Of a DNA stretch of 64,000 bases, positions 54,576 through 63,003 are shown piece after piece. Position 1 is the first letter of the stretch. Each line of letters begins with the position of its first letter. Source of the DNA: Gemmatimonadales bacterium (GTDB taxonomy: Bacteria; Gemmatimonadota; Gemmatimonadetes; Gemmatimonadales; GWC2-71-9); contig DATGVZ010000014.1 of the NCBI GenBank assembly GCA_035299765.1, positions 11,888-75,887 of the forward strand, in the 5' to 3' direction. The translations under genes were made by a program, and so were the position numbers. Below the pieces are notes generated by a model. The model was not told where the DNA came from and made no database searches. It was given only the letters and a program-made list of their open reading frames with translations.

Positions 54576-54890
54576 ATGGCGAATCATCTCGCCGGTGCGA
54601 TGGTGCTCATCGCGGTGTCGCTGGTCGGGGGCATGTGGGGCTACGAGCACTATGAGCACCTCGCCTGGCGCGACGCGTTCGTCAACACGGCAATGCTGCT
54701 GGGCGGCATGGGTCCAGTCGATCCGCTTCACACCAACGGGGGCAAGGTATTCGCCGGGATTTTCGCGCTCTATGCGGGCGGCGTTTTTCTGGTCGTTGGT
54801 GGAGTGCTGCTCACCCCGTTGATCCATCGTATCCTGCACCGTCTCCATTGGGAGGACGAGATCCGCCGCGCCAATCGCGACATCGTATGA
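54576..54890 (+). CDS. small 2-TM protein with ion-channel pore-loop-like segment
   Basis: 104 aa from ATG 54576. TM1, WRDAFVNTAMLLGGMGPVD (pore-helix/filter-like) and TM2. The upstream 73 codons of the track ORF look non-coding. Confidence 0.5.
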   Translation: MANHLAGAMVLIAVSLVGGMWGYEHYEHLAWRDAFVNTAMLLGGMGPVDPLHTNGGKVFAGIFALYAGGVFLVVGGVLLTPLIHRILHRLHWEDEIRRANRDIV

Positions 54891-55411
54891 TCGACACACG
54901 CCGGCTCACGCTCACACCCGCTGCGCCGCAACACCTGCTGACGTTGATCGAACAACCCGACGCGTTCGAGGCATCGACCGGCCTGCGTCTCGCGCCTGGA
55001 CTGCGCGATTTTTACGTCTCGGGCGAAGTATCGCCGGCGTGGCTCAGCGCGCTGCGGAAGTCAACCGACCCCGACCCGTGGCGCCATGGATTTTTCATCG
55101 TCCATCGCGAAGCGAAGTCCGTGATCGGCTCAGCCGGTTTCAAGGGACCTGCCGACGAGGACGGCATGGTCGAGATCGCGTATGGCGTCGCGCCCGGCTT
55201 TCAAGGACAGGGCTATGCGACGGAAGCGGCCGCAGCGTTGGTCGACTACGCATTCGCCACCCCTGGTGTGCGATTGGTCCGCGCGCATACGCGCGCCGAG
55301 CCCAACGCCTCGACCCGCGTGCTGCTCAAGAACGGCTTCCGACATTGCGGGATGGTCGTCGATCAGGACGACGGGCCCGTGTGGCGCTGGGAGCTGATGC
55401 GTAGGTCCTAA
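54887..55411 (+). CDS. GNAT family N-acetyltransferase (RimJ/RimL-like)
   Basis: 174 aa from ATG 54887 (ATGA overlap). ..RLTLTP.., ..IAYGVAPGFQGQGYATEAAAALVDYAF.. Confidence 0.85.
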   Translation: MIDTRRLTLTPAAPQHLLTLIEQPDAFEASTGLRLAPGLRDFYVSGEVSPAWLSALRKSTDPDPWRHGFFIVHREAKSVIGSAGFKGPADEDGMVEIAYGVAPGFQGQGYATEAAAALVDYAFATPGVRLVRAHTRAEPNASTRVLLKNGFRHCGMVVDQDDGPVWRWELMRRS

Positions 55412-55736
55412 GAACCCACTTCCAGCGGAGTTTTTGCCTTCCCGCTAGCTTCTGCGCTGACAGTCGTTTATGTTGAATAGTTCATACGCTTGGCAGTGCC
55501 ATAGGGCGAAGGGGTCGAACCATCAGGCGGCGCCTGCGGGCCTCGGCATCGGGTCGAGGTAGCGCGCACGGGCGCGCCGGGGGTGACTCGGCGACCCTCC
55601 CCACGCACCAGCCAGCCTTAACTACGGCGCACCACGCCTTCACCAAGAGCCCGACGCGGCATGCGAGCGTCGTTCACTTCCCCCACACGGGGAACGTGCT
55701 ACGAGTTTGTCCGGCGCGCGGGCAGGAAAGTACCTT

Positions 55737-57566
55737 ATGACACCGCAGCAGCAACACAGCCATTTGACCCCCCCCCGACCCACGCACAAAGAACCACCGG
55801 CCCACGCGCCCAATGCGGCGCTGATGATCGACTTCGACAACGTGACCATGGCGATCCGCTCGGATCTGCAGACCGAGTTGAAGCGCCTGCTCCAGTCTGA
55901 GATGATCCGCGGCAAGGTGGCCGTGCAACGCGCCTACGCCGACTGGCGCCGCTATCCGCAGTACATCGTGCCGCTCTCCGAGTCCTCGATCGATCTGATC
56001 TTCGCGCCGGCTCATGGCGCCAACAAGAAGAACGCCACCGACATCCGGCTCGCGATCGATGCGCTCGAGCTGGTCTTCACGCGCCCTGAGATCGGCACGT
56101 TCATTCTCCTTTCTGGCGACTCCGACTTCTCGTCGCTCGTGCTGAAGCTCAAAGAGTACGGCAAGTACGTGATCGGCGTCGGCATCCGGGAATCGTCGAG
56201 CGATCTGCTGATCCAGAACTGCGATGAGTACTATTCCTACAACGAGCTGGCGGGCTTCACCAAAGCCAGTGACGTGGAGTACGTGAAGCGCGATCCGTGG
56301 GAGCTCGTCGTCGAGGCCGTCAAGCAGATGACGGCGCACAACGACGTCATGCGCTCCGACCGCCTGAAGCAGGTCATGCAGGAGATCGATCCCAATTTCG
56401 ACGAGAAGGACGCCGGCTTCTCGCGCTTCAGCAAGTTCGTGATCGAGGCCGCACGCCGCGGCCTGATTACGCTGACCCGCCTGGACAATGGCCAATACGA
56501 GATCGCCCTGGGACCGCAGGTCGAAGGTGCACCGGCGCAGCCGGCGCTAGCGACACTCGCCGAGTCGAACGAGCGGAGCGCCGGGAGCCGCAGCGCGGCG
56601 GCCCCGCGGCCCGAGCGGGAGGGCCGGGGGAGCGCGCGCCGCAGCGGTCGCGGTCGCGGTGGACGAGGCCGGGGTGGAGATCGTGAAGAGCAGCCGGCGG
56701 CCGGCTCGGAGCCCGCGGCGGCGCCAGCGGAACAACCCGAAGCGCCCGCCGCGAAGTCCGGCTTCTCATTTGGCGACGCGTTCGGCTTGTTGAAACAGGC
56801 AGTGGGTCGGATCGGCATGGACGAGGACCAGCCTTCACCTCCGGGCGAGGAAGCGACCGCCCGCGAGGAAGAGGAAGCACCGCGTCCAGTCCTTGAGGCA
56901 CCGACGCGCGAAGCGCAGGAAGAAGAAGACGACATTCCGATGCCGGCGTCATCCGCGCCGCCGCCACCCTACAGCACGGCGTCGCCTTCTGCCCCGGGTA
57001 TCCCGATGCGCAGCCCCCGCTTCCGGCGCGGCTCGCGCGGCGGCAGCCATCGTCCCGGCGCCGGGGGTGGCATTCCCGAGATCCCGAAGATCGGCGTCGT
57101 CGAAGTGGATCCAAATTTCCGCCCGCGTGGTGATATGATTGCGCCTCCGGCTCCTCCAGCGGCGCAGCCGCCGCCGTCGAAGCCGCCAGTCGTTGGTGGT
57201 GGTGAGCCGGCCGATCGGGGTGGGCGCGGTCGTGGTCGCGGAGGTAGAGGCCGCGGTGAAAACGGCGAGCGCGGCGAACGCAGTGAGCGCGGCGGTCGTG
57301 GTCGTCGCGGTGGTCGCGGGGGCCGTGGCCGCGGACCGCGACGCTACGAATCGGAAACACCCGACATCACGAATCACTCGTCCGTAGAGTCGGCGTCGCC
57401 TCCAGCGCCCACCCCGCCGCCGGCGCCCACGCCCCAGGGGACGCCAGCAGCTCGTCCCGCTGCCGCCACCGAAAGCGAGCCCGGTGAGTCGTTCTGGTCG
57501 AAGGTGAAGCGCGGTCTCACGGGTGGCGGGGGCGGGGGGGGCGGGGGGGGCGGGGGGGACGCATAG
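55737..57566 (+). CDS. NYN (LabA-like) nuclease domain plus OST-HTH/LOTUS domain protein with ~330-aa Arg/Gly/Glu/Pro-rich disordered tail (RGG repeats, poly-Gly end)
   Basis: ATG 55737 with AGGAAAG 7 nt upstream. NYN: LMIDFDN.., ILLSGDSDF. LOTUS: ..RSDRLKQVMQEIDPNFDEKDAGFSRFSKFVIEAARRGLI.. Tail: GRGRGGRGRGGD.., GGRGRGRGGRGRGENGERGERSERGGRGRRGGRGGRGRG.., ending G12-D-A. Confidence 0.85.
   Translation: MTPQQQHSHLTPPRPTHKEPPAHAPNAALMIDFDNVTMAIRSDLQTELKRLLQSEMIRGKVAVQRAYADWRRYPQYIVPLSESSIDLIFAPAHGANKKNATDIRLAIDALELVFTRPEIGTFILLSGDSDFSSLVLKLKEYGKYVIGVGIRESSSDLLIQNCDEYYSYNELAGFTKASDVEYVKRDPWELVVEAVKQMTAHNDVMRSDRLKQVMQEIDPNFDEKDAGFSRFSKFVIEAARRGLITLTRLDNGQYEIALGPQVEGAPAQPALATLAESNERSAGSRSAAAPRPEREGRGSARRSGRGRGGRGRGGDREEQPAAGSEPAAAPAEQPEAPAAKSGFSFGDAFGLLKQAVGRIGMDEDQPSPPGEEATAREEEEAPRPVLEAPTREAQEEEDDIPMPASSAPPPPYSTASPSAPGIPMRSPRFRRGSRGGSHRPGAGGGIPEIPKIGVVEVDPNFRPRGDMIAPPAPPAAQPPPSKPPVVGGGEPADRGGRGRGRGGRGRGENGERGERSERGGRGRRGGRGGRGRGPRRYESETPDITNHSSVESASPPAPTPPPAPTPQGTPAARPAAATESEPGESFWSKVKRGLTGGGGGGGGGGGGDA
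57521..57558 (+). repeat. cluster of G-runs (G3,G2,G5,G8,G8,G7) encoding the terminal poly-Gly of the NYN-LOTUS protein; G-quadruplex-capable
   Basis: Read directly. 12 consecutive Gly codons precede D-A-stop. Confidence 0.85.
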
Positions 57567-57568
57567 CG

Positions 57569-58156
57569 GTGCGACGTCCGGCAGTCCAGGCGAAGTTCTA
57601 CGCGCGACCGACGGAAGAGGTCGCGCGTGGCCTATTAGGCCGCATCCTCGTCAGTGATATGGGCGGGCGCAGACGACAGACGGCCGGCCGCATCGTCGAG
57701 GTCGAAGCCTACGTCGGTCCCCACGATCCCGCGTGTCACGCCTTCGGGCATCGACGCACGGCGCGCACCGAACCACTCTACGGCGCGCCGGGGACAGCAT
57801 ACATCTATTTCACGTACGGGATGCATTGGTGTCTGAACGCCGTCACGGAGCCACAAGACTTCCCCGCAGCCGTCTTGATCCGCGCGCTCGAACCCATCGC
57901 CGGACTGGATACGATGCTCCGCCGGCGCGGCGCCGAACCGCTATGCGCCGGGCCCGCTCGACTCTGTCAGGCGCTGGGAATTACGGGCGATCTGAACGGC
58001 GCTTCGCTGCAGGATGGTCCGCTGCGGATCGTGGAAGGATCAAAGCCAAAGCGGACCGCCGTCGTCAGCGGTCCGCGTATTGGTATTTCCCAAGCGACCG
58101 ACTGGCCGCTGCGCTTCTATATCAAGGATTCGCCCTGGGTCAGTGCTGCTCGGTAA
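57569..58156 (+). CDS. DNA-3-methyladenine glycosylase (Mpg/AAG family)
   Basis: 195 aa. FYARPTEEVARGLLG, IVEVEAY and PGTAYIYFTYGMHWCLN. Confidence 0.92.
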   Translation: MRRPAVQAKFYARPTEEVARGLLGRILVSDMGGRRRQTAGRIVEVEAYVGPHDPACHAFGHRRTARTEPLYGAPGTAYIYFTYGMHWCLNAVTEPQDFPAAVLIRALEPIAGLDTMLRRRGAEPLCAGPARLCQALGITGDLNGASLQDGPLRIVEGSKPKRTAVVSGPRIGISQATDWPLRFYIKDSPWVSAAR

Positions 58157-59291
58157 TGCCTTCCTTGGAGGTGCCGAGGCTTAAGCGGATCCCGCCCTGA
58201 AACGTGTGGGTGTTGCTCTGGAGCAGGAAGTTGGCCGCGCTCGAGGTCAAGAGATAGTGCGCAAAGACGTTGAGCTTGCTCGAGTAGTTGATCTGTAGAC
58301 CTCCCATGACCCAGAAAAACGCCTTGCTTGCCGCAGTGTGCACGCGGTCGTCCGCCTCGACCGCCTGCGACGTGTTGCAGCCGGTGCAATCGACGGTCGG
58401 ATTCAAAACCTGCATGATGGCAAACCCGCCACCGGCGAACGGCTCGATGACTTTCTGAGCCGGGAAGGCGAGCACGCCAAACATGATGCGCCGCATGTCG
58501 CGGAACGTGACGTCGCGGAAACTGGGCCCTACGGAGGAGGCGGTGGAGTTGGGATCAAAAATCACCGTCTGCGCCGCGGTGAGGAAAATCGCCTGCTCGT
58601 AGGCCACGTACAGTGCTGTCCGCCGCGACTTGATGAGCCAATGGCCGCCGACGATCGGGTCGTAGACGTAGGGTTGTGAGACCGTCTTGGAGACGAAGGC
58701 ACCACCCTGCGCCCCCCAGTACCATTGGAAGTTGGTGTTGAAGCCATGGCCCTGCTGCGGCGGAATGAAGAAGTAGGAGATGCCGGCGGAGCCCTGAACT
58801 TCACCAGTGAACGCGTTAGCGTAGAAAGGGTTGTCGGGCCGGTATTGGGCGCGCACGTCGCCGCGCACGGCTACGTGCGACCCCACGAAGGCGCGGAAAC
58901 CCAGGCCGCCGTTGACCATGTGCTGCGTGAAGTTGTAGGGCGGATCCTTCCCGAACACCATCCGCGAGTAGCCGCCCGACGCAAGAAAGGTGAGGCGGTC
59001 GCTCGCTGGAAAGTTCAGGACAAGACTGGCGCTGACCGTGTTGACGGTGATGTCTTGTGTTTGCGCCAGGTTCTTCGTGGCGACATAGTCGCCGGTAATC
59101 TCGAGCCCGACGCGGTCACTGAGGTTGTAGCCGATGCGCGCGCCGCCGCCGAAGCCGTTCTTGATGAGGAACGAGCGGTCGAAGCGCCACCACGATCCGA
59201 AGCCGCCGAACTCGATGTTCTGCGCGCGCTGCGCTGCGGCGGGAACCGTCACCAAGGAAACGAATCCCACCAGGAGAATCAGCCGCTTCAT
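58140..59291 (-). CDS. outer-membrane beta-barrel protein (OmpA-like barrel N-terminal half plus second beta-rich half)
   Basis: 383 aa. Signal peptide ..VPAAAQ. Alternating aromatic/Gly beta-strand pattern (GGARIGYNL.., LEITGDY..). GGGGAGG SD upstream. Confidence 0.6.
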   Translation of the reverse strand: MKRLILLVGFVSLVTVPAAAQRAQNIEFGGFGSWWRFDRSFLIKNGFGGGARIGYNLSDRVGLEITGDYVATKNLAQTQDITVNTVSASLVLNFPASDRLTFLASGGYSRMVFGKDPPYNFTQHMVNGGLGFRAFVGSHVAVRGDVRAQYRPDNPFYANAFTGEVQGSAGISYFFIPPQQGHGFNTNFQWYWGAQGGAFVSKTVSQPYVYDPIVGGHWLIKSRRTALYVAYEQAIFLTAAQTVIFDPNSTASSVGPSFRDVTFRDMRRIMFGVLAFPAQKVIEPFAGGGFAIMQVLNPTVDCTGCNTSQAVEADDRVHTAASKAFFWVMGGLQINYSSKLNVFAHYLLTSSAANFLLQSNTHTFQGGIRLSLGTSKEGITEQH

Positions 59292-59314
59292 CGGGACACC
59301 TCCCCACGGCTCCG

Positions 59315-61810
59315 CTATGGAGCCGCCAACAGGACCGCGTTGAAGAGCAGCTTGAAGGTGCCGTGGGTCTGACCCCGGAACTGGGGCCGGAACCCGAACA
59401 GGATCACCCGTCCGCTGCCGACCGGTGCCTCTACCAGGGCCGCCTTGCCCTCGAGCCGCTCCTGGTAGCGGGCATAGCCCGATCGCAGGGGCGCCGCGGG
59501 ATACGTCGCCAAGGCCCGCGCCGGGGCCGAAACGGTGAAGGCGGCACTATTCTCGAAGTAGATGTCGAGGGAGTCAGGCACCCCGAGCGTAACTGGGCTC
59601 GCCCCCCTCTCCACCCCTCCCAAAAGCACACCGAAAATAGAGCCTGGGGCGTAAAATCGCAAAACTTGAGGACCCGACGCCTCACCACCTAGAACGTTGG
59701 CCACCGGGAGGTTAAGGCGTGTAATCGCGAAATTACTTGAACGATCGAGGCAAACGAGCGTGCCACCACCCCGAACAAAGTCCGAAACTGCGTTCGCTCC
59801 CGACTCACCCATCCCACCCGAGTACTGGACCGGAATGCGAGTCGAATCAAGCCCGCGAATCATCGAACCGGACTCAGCGTCGGGCAATACAATCACGTCG
59901 AAGCGCTGCCTGAGCCCTCCTCTCCGCAGATCGCTGTCGTGCAGTGTCGTGTAGCTGATCCCATATTGCTCGAAAAGCCACCTCGTCCACCCCTCGTCCA
60001 CGTTGGCAACCCACGGCTGATACAACCCGATGCGTGGCAGCCGTTGCCGCGTGACAGATCTGTCGACCGCCGCGGTCGTGCGTGTCGCCGTCACCGTGAA
60101 TCCGTGACGAGCTGCCTGCTCCGCGAGAATGGCGCGCGCCTTCGGGCCACGCACGATGAGGCTGTCTCCCGCCACCGTGACCGATTGGCCTGCTGACAAC
60201 AGCTCCGCGATCGCGCGTGACTCGGCGTTGGTCCGATTTCTCAAGACAAACACTTCGCCCGCCCCGCCCCCCCCACCCCCCGCGGGGCCGTCGATTCTGC
60301 CGGGCGCCGGCGTCACGCTGTCTACTTGCACGAGGTTCGCGGTGAACGGCGCATTCACTACGTCAGCGCGGACGTTCATCGTGAACGGCAGCGTCCATCC
60401 GGCGACGTCGTACGGCGGACGGTCGCCGACCGGCGTGTACTGCTGGGGCTCGAGGAGGTCTTTGGCGTGGGCGCGGAACGGCTGTCCCATCGGCACGACC
60501 AGCGAACCGGCAGGATAGCGGCGTCCTTGGGCGGTGAATGCTTCCGTGGCGCGCCAGACCTCGACGCCGGCCGCCGTGAGCACGTTGGCGAGCGTGGCCC
60601 ACGCTTCGGGATCACGCTGCTCGGGCGGCGGCGGCAGTACGTAGGCAAAGGGATTGCCCGCCCGTCCCGCATCGATCTCCCGGCGGCCGAGGTCGACAAA
60701 GCGGTCGATGACTTGTATGCGATCGTGCGCCGCCAGCCGCACCAGAGCCTCGGACGCGAGCAGTTCGTAACGCACAATGTCGCCCAGGCGCCACGTTCCG
60801 CCTGGCCAGGGAGCGGGATAATTCACGCCGCGCGCCGGTTGATGCACGGAGTCGAAAGGCAGCGTGATCGGCGATCCGAGCCGAGCGCTGGCCGCTTCCG
60901 AGAGAATGCCGATCATGTTGTGGCGGGTGGGAGTCGAGCGAAAGCCGCCGTGCCACCACAAGTCGTACGTCTGCTCATGGGCGACGCCGGTCAGTCCCGC
61001 GTCGTAGATCGCCGCCGCCATCTCCGTCCCGGCCTGATTGATCGCGGCGACGAGCGCCGGCTCGAGATTTGGGTTGACGGGATCCTGGAACGGCGGCAGA
61101 AACAGCCGTACGCCGTTCGTGCCCATCTGATGAACGTCGTAGACGATTTCGGGAAACCACTCCTTGTAGAGCATCCGCGTGACGAGACGGGTTTCCACCT
61201 GCGTCAACATGAACCAGTCGCGGTTGTTGTCGTGGCCGACGTACTTGTGGTAGAGCCACGGCAACGGCCCACCCTCGTAGCGCGTGCCCTTGTAGCGGCG
61301 ATACCAGCTGACGACGGTATCGAGACCATCGGGGTTCATCGAAGGGATCATCAACACCACGACCGAGTCGAGCAGCACTCGCAGATCCGGATCGGTCACG
61401 AGCCGGTACGCGAGCGTCATGCCCATCTGGCTCGAGGCGACTTCGGTCGAGTGAATGTTGTTGCTGATCAGAATCACAGCCGGCTGTTTGCGCCTGAGAT
61501 CCGCGAGGACGGTATCGCTCAGCCGGCGTGGGTCGGCGAGCAGCGCCTGCGCGCGCTCGATCTGCGCGAGCCGCGCCTGGTTTCCGGGCGATGTAATCAC
61601 CAGCAACTGGAATGGCCGGCCTTCAGTCGTTCGTCCCAGCGTGTCGACGCGGACGAAGCGGCTGCGCTGGGCGAGCTGATTCATGTACCCGCTGACTTGC
61701 TTCCAGTCGGCGAGCAGGGAATCGGTGCCGGGTTCGAAACCAAGAGCGGCGGCTGGGTGGATCGGTGGTTCAGCGGTTTGTAAGAGCGCGAGCAGCAGAA
61801 GGGGCGTCAT
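59315..61810 (-). CDS. M14-family zinc carboxypeptidase-like protein with large C-terminal extension
   Basis: Start at ATG 61810 (TGATG overlap with the kbl stop). HSTE zinc motif (NNIHSTEVAS), ..SMNPDG.., ..GHDNNRD. Confidence 0.85.
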   Translation of the reverse strand: MTPLLLLALLQTAEPPIHPAAALGFEPGTDSLLADWKQVSGYMNQLAQRSRFVRVDTLGRTTEGRPFQLLVITSPGNQARLAQIERAQALLADPRRLSDTVLADLRRKQPAVILISNNIHSTEVASSQMGMTLAYRLVTDPDLRVLLDSVVVLMIPSMNPDGLDTVVSWYRRYKGTRYEGGPLPWLYHKYVGHDNNRDWFMLTQVETRLVTRMLYKEWFPEIVYDVHQMGTNGVRLFLPPFQDPVNPNLEPALVAAINQAGTEMAAAIYDAGLTGVAHEQTYDLWWHGGFRSTPTRHNMIGILSEAASARLGSPITLPFDSVHQPARGVNYPAPWPGGTWRLGDIVRYELLASEALVRLAAHDRIQVIDRFVDLGRREIDAGRAGNPFAYVLPPPPEQRDPEAWATLANVLTAAGVEVWRATEAFTAQGRRYPAGSLVVPMGQPFRAHAKDLLEPQQYTPVGDRPPYDVAGWTLPFTMNVRADVVNAPFTANLVQVDSVTPAPGRIDGPAGGGGGGAGEVFVLRNRTNAESRAIAELLSAGQSVTVAGDSLIVRGPKARAILAEQAARHGFTVTATRTTAAVDRSVTRQRLPRIGLYQPWVANVDEGWTRWLFEQYGISYTTLHDSDLRRGGLRQRFDVIVLPDAESGSMIRGLDSTRIPVQYSGGMGESGANAVSDFVRGGGTLVCLDRSSNFAITRLNLPVANVLGGEASGPQVLRFYAPGSIFGVLLGGVERGASPVTLGVPDSLDIYFENSAAFTVSAPARALATYPAAPLRSGYARYQERLEGKAALVEAPVGSGRVILFGFRPQFRGQTHGTFKLLFNAVLLAAP

Positions 61811-63003
61811 CAAATGAGTCCCAATTTCGTGCCGACCTTCTTAAAGGCACGAAGTGCGAAATCGAGATCGTCGCGCGAATGCGCCGCCGAGAGCTGGCAA
61901 CGCACCCGCGCATGTCCTTGTGGGACAACTGGATAGCCAAATCCAGTCACGAACACGCCTTCTGCCAGGAGCAGCTCGCTCATGTGGATGGCTTTGGCGG
62001 TCTCCCCGAGAATCACCGGAACGATCGGCGTCTCCCCAGGCAGCGGCTTGAAGCCGAGTGACAGCAGTTGCTCGCGGAAGTAGCGCGCGTTCGCGTGGAG
62101 CTGCGCGACCAGCTCGGGATGCGCTTCGACGTGGCGCACAGCGGCGAGCGCGCTCGCGGCGACGGTCGGTGGAAGGGCATTGCTGAAAAGCTGCGGCCGC
62201 GACCGTTGCGTGAGATAGTCGGTAAGCGCCTGAGGGCCGGCTGTGAATCCACCCGCCGCCCCGCCGAGTGCTTTCCCGAGTGTCGAGGTGATGATGTCGA
62301 TATCGCCGAGCATCCCGTAGTACTCTGCCGTGCCACGACCCTCTTTGCCGAGGACACCGGTCGCGTGCGAGTCATCGACCGCAAGCACGGCGTCGTATTT
62401 GCGCGCGAGTGCTGCCAGATCGGGTAGCTTGGCGATGTCGCCTTCCATCGAGAAGATGCCGTCGGTGAAGATGAGCTTGCGCCGCGCCTTCGCTGCGCCG
62501 CGCAACGTCTCCTCCAGATCCTTCATGTCGGAGTGTTTGTAGACCGCGGTCTGACACTTCGTGATCGCCTTGGCGAGTCGGACAGAATCGATGATCGACG
62601 CGTGATTCAGCTGGTCGGAAATGACAATGTCCGGTTCGCTCAACACGGTAGGGCAGAGGCCTTCGTTCGCGTTCCAGCAGCTCGCGTACGTCAGTGTGGA
62701 TTCGCAGCCGACGAACCTCGCCAGCGCGGTTTCGAGCTCGCGGTGAATGGTGAACGTGCCGCAGATGAATCGGACCGAGGCGGTGCCCGCGCCCCAGCGC
62801 TCGAGCGCGTCTTTCCCCGCCTGGACGACCGCGGGGACGTCGCAGAGTCCCAGATAATTGTTCGACGAGAGAATCACGACCTCGCCGCGCCCTTCCATCT
62901 CCACGCGCGGATCCTGCGGCGAGTCGAGATAATTGAGCCGCTTGTAGACGCCTTCCTTCTTGAATTCCGCGAGCTCGTCCTGCAGCTGCCCGATGAAGCT
63001 CAT
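61810..63003 (-). CDS. kbl: glycine C-acetyltransferase (2-amino-3-ketobutyrate CoA ligase)
   Basis: 397 aa. ..SSNNYLGL.., ..DDSHATG.. and the PLP lysine context TSTLGKALGG. tdh-kbl pairing. Confidence 0.94.
   Translation of the reverse strand: MSFIGQLQDELAEFKKEGVYKRLNYLDSPQDPRVEMEGRGEVVILSSNNYLGLCDVPAVVQAGKDALERWGAGTASVRFICGTFTIHRELETALARFVGCESTLTYASCWNANEGLCPTVLSEPDIVISDQLNHASIIDSVRLAKAITKCQTAVYKHSDMKDLEETLRGAAKARRKLIFTDGIFSMEGDIAKLPDLAALARKYDAVLAVDDSHATGVLGKEGRGTAEYYGMLGDIDIITSTLGKALGGAAGGFTAGPQALTDYLTQRSRPQLFSNALPPTVAASALAAVRHVEAHPELVAQLHANARYFREQLLSLGFKPLPGETPIVPVILGETAKAIHMSELLLAEGVFVTGFGYPVVPQGHARVRCQLSAAHSRDDLDFALRAFKKVGTKLGLI

Noticed and set aside
55489-55506. A sigma54-like TGGCA motif (cttGGCAgtgccataGGGC), and a second TGGCAA at 30299, considered as targets of the NtrC-type regulator.
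   Set aside because: The GG-N10-GC spacing is not met. The -12 position reads GG or TC instead of GC at the required distance. The 30299 hexamer is better explained as a sigma70 -35.
55511-55598. A cloverleaf-like fold (7-bp closing stem plus three hairpins) that might be a tRNA or tRNA-like element.
   Set aside because: The junction lengths and loops are wrong: 6 nt after the acceptor-like stem, a 3-nt and a 4-nt loop, no 7-nt anticodon loop. There is no T-loop GTTCRANYC and no D-loop conserved bases. It is kept only as a generic structured-leader hypothesis.
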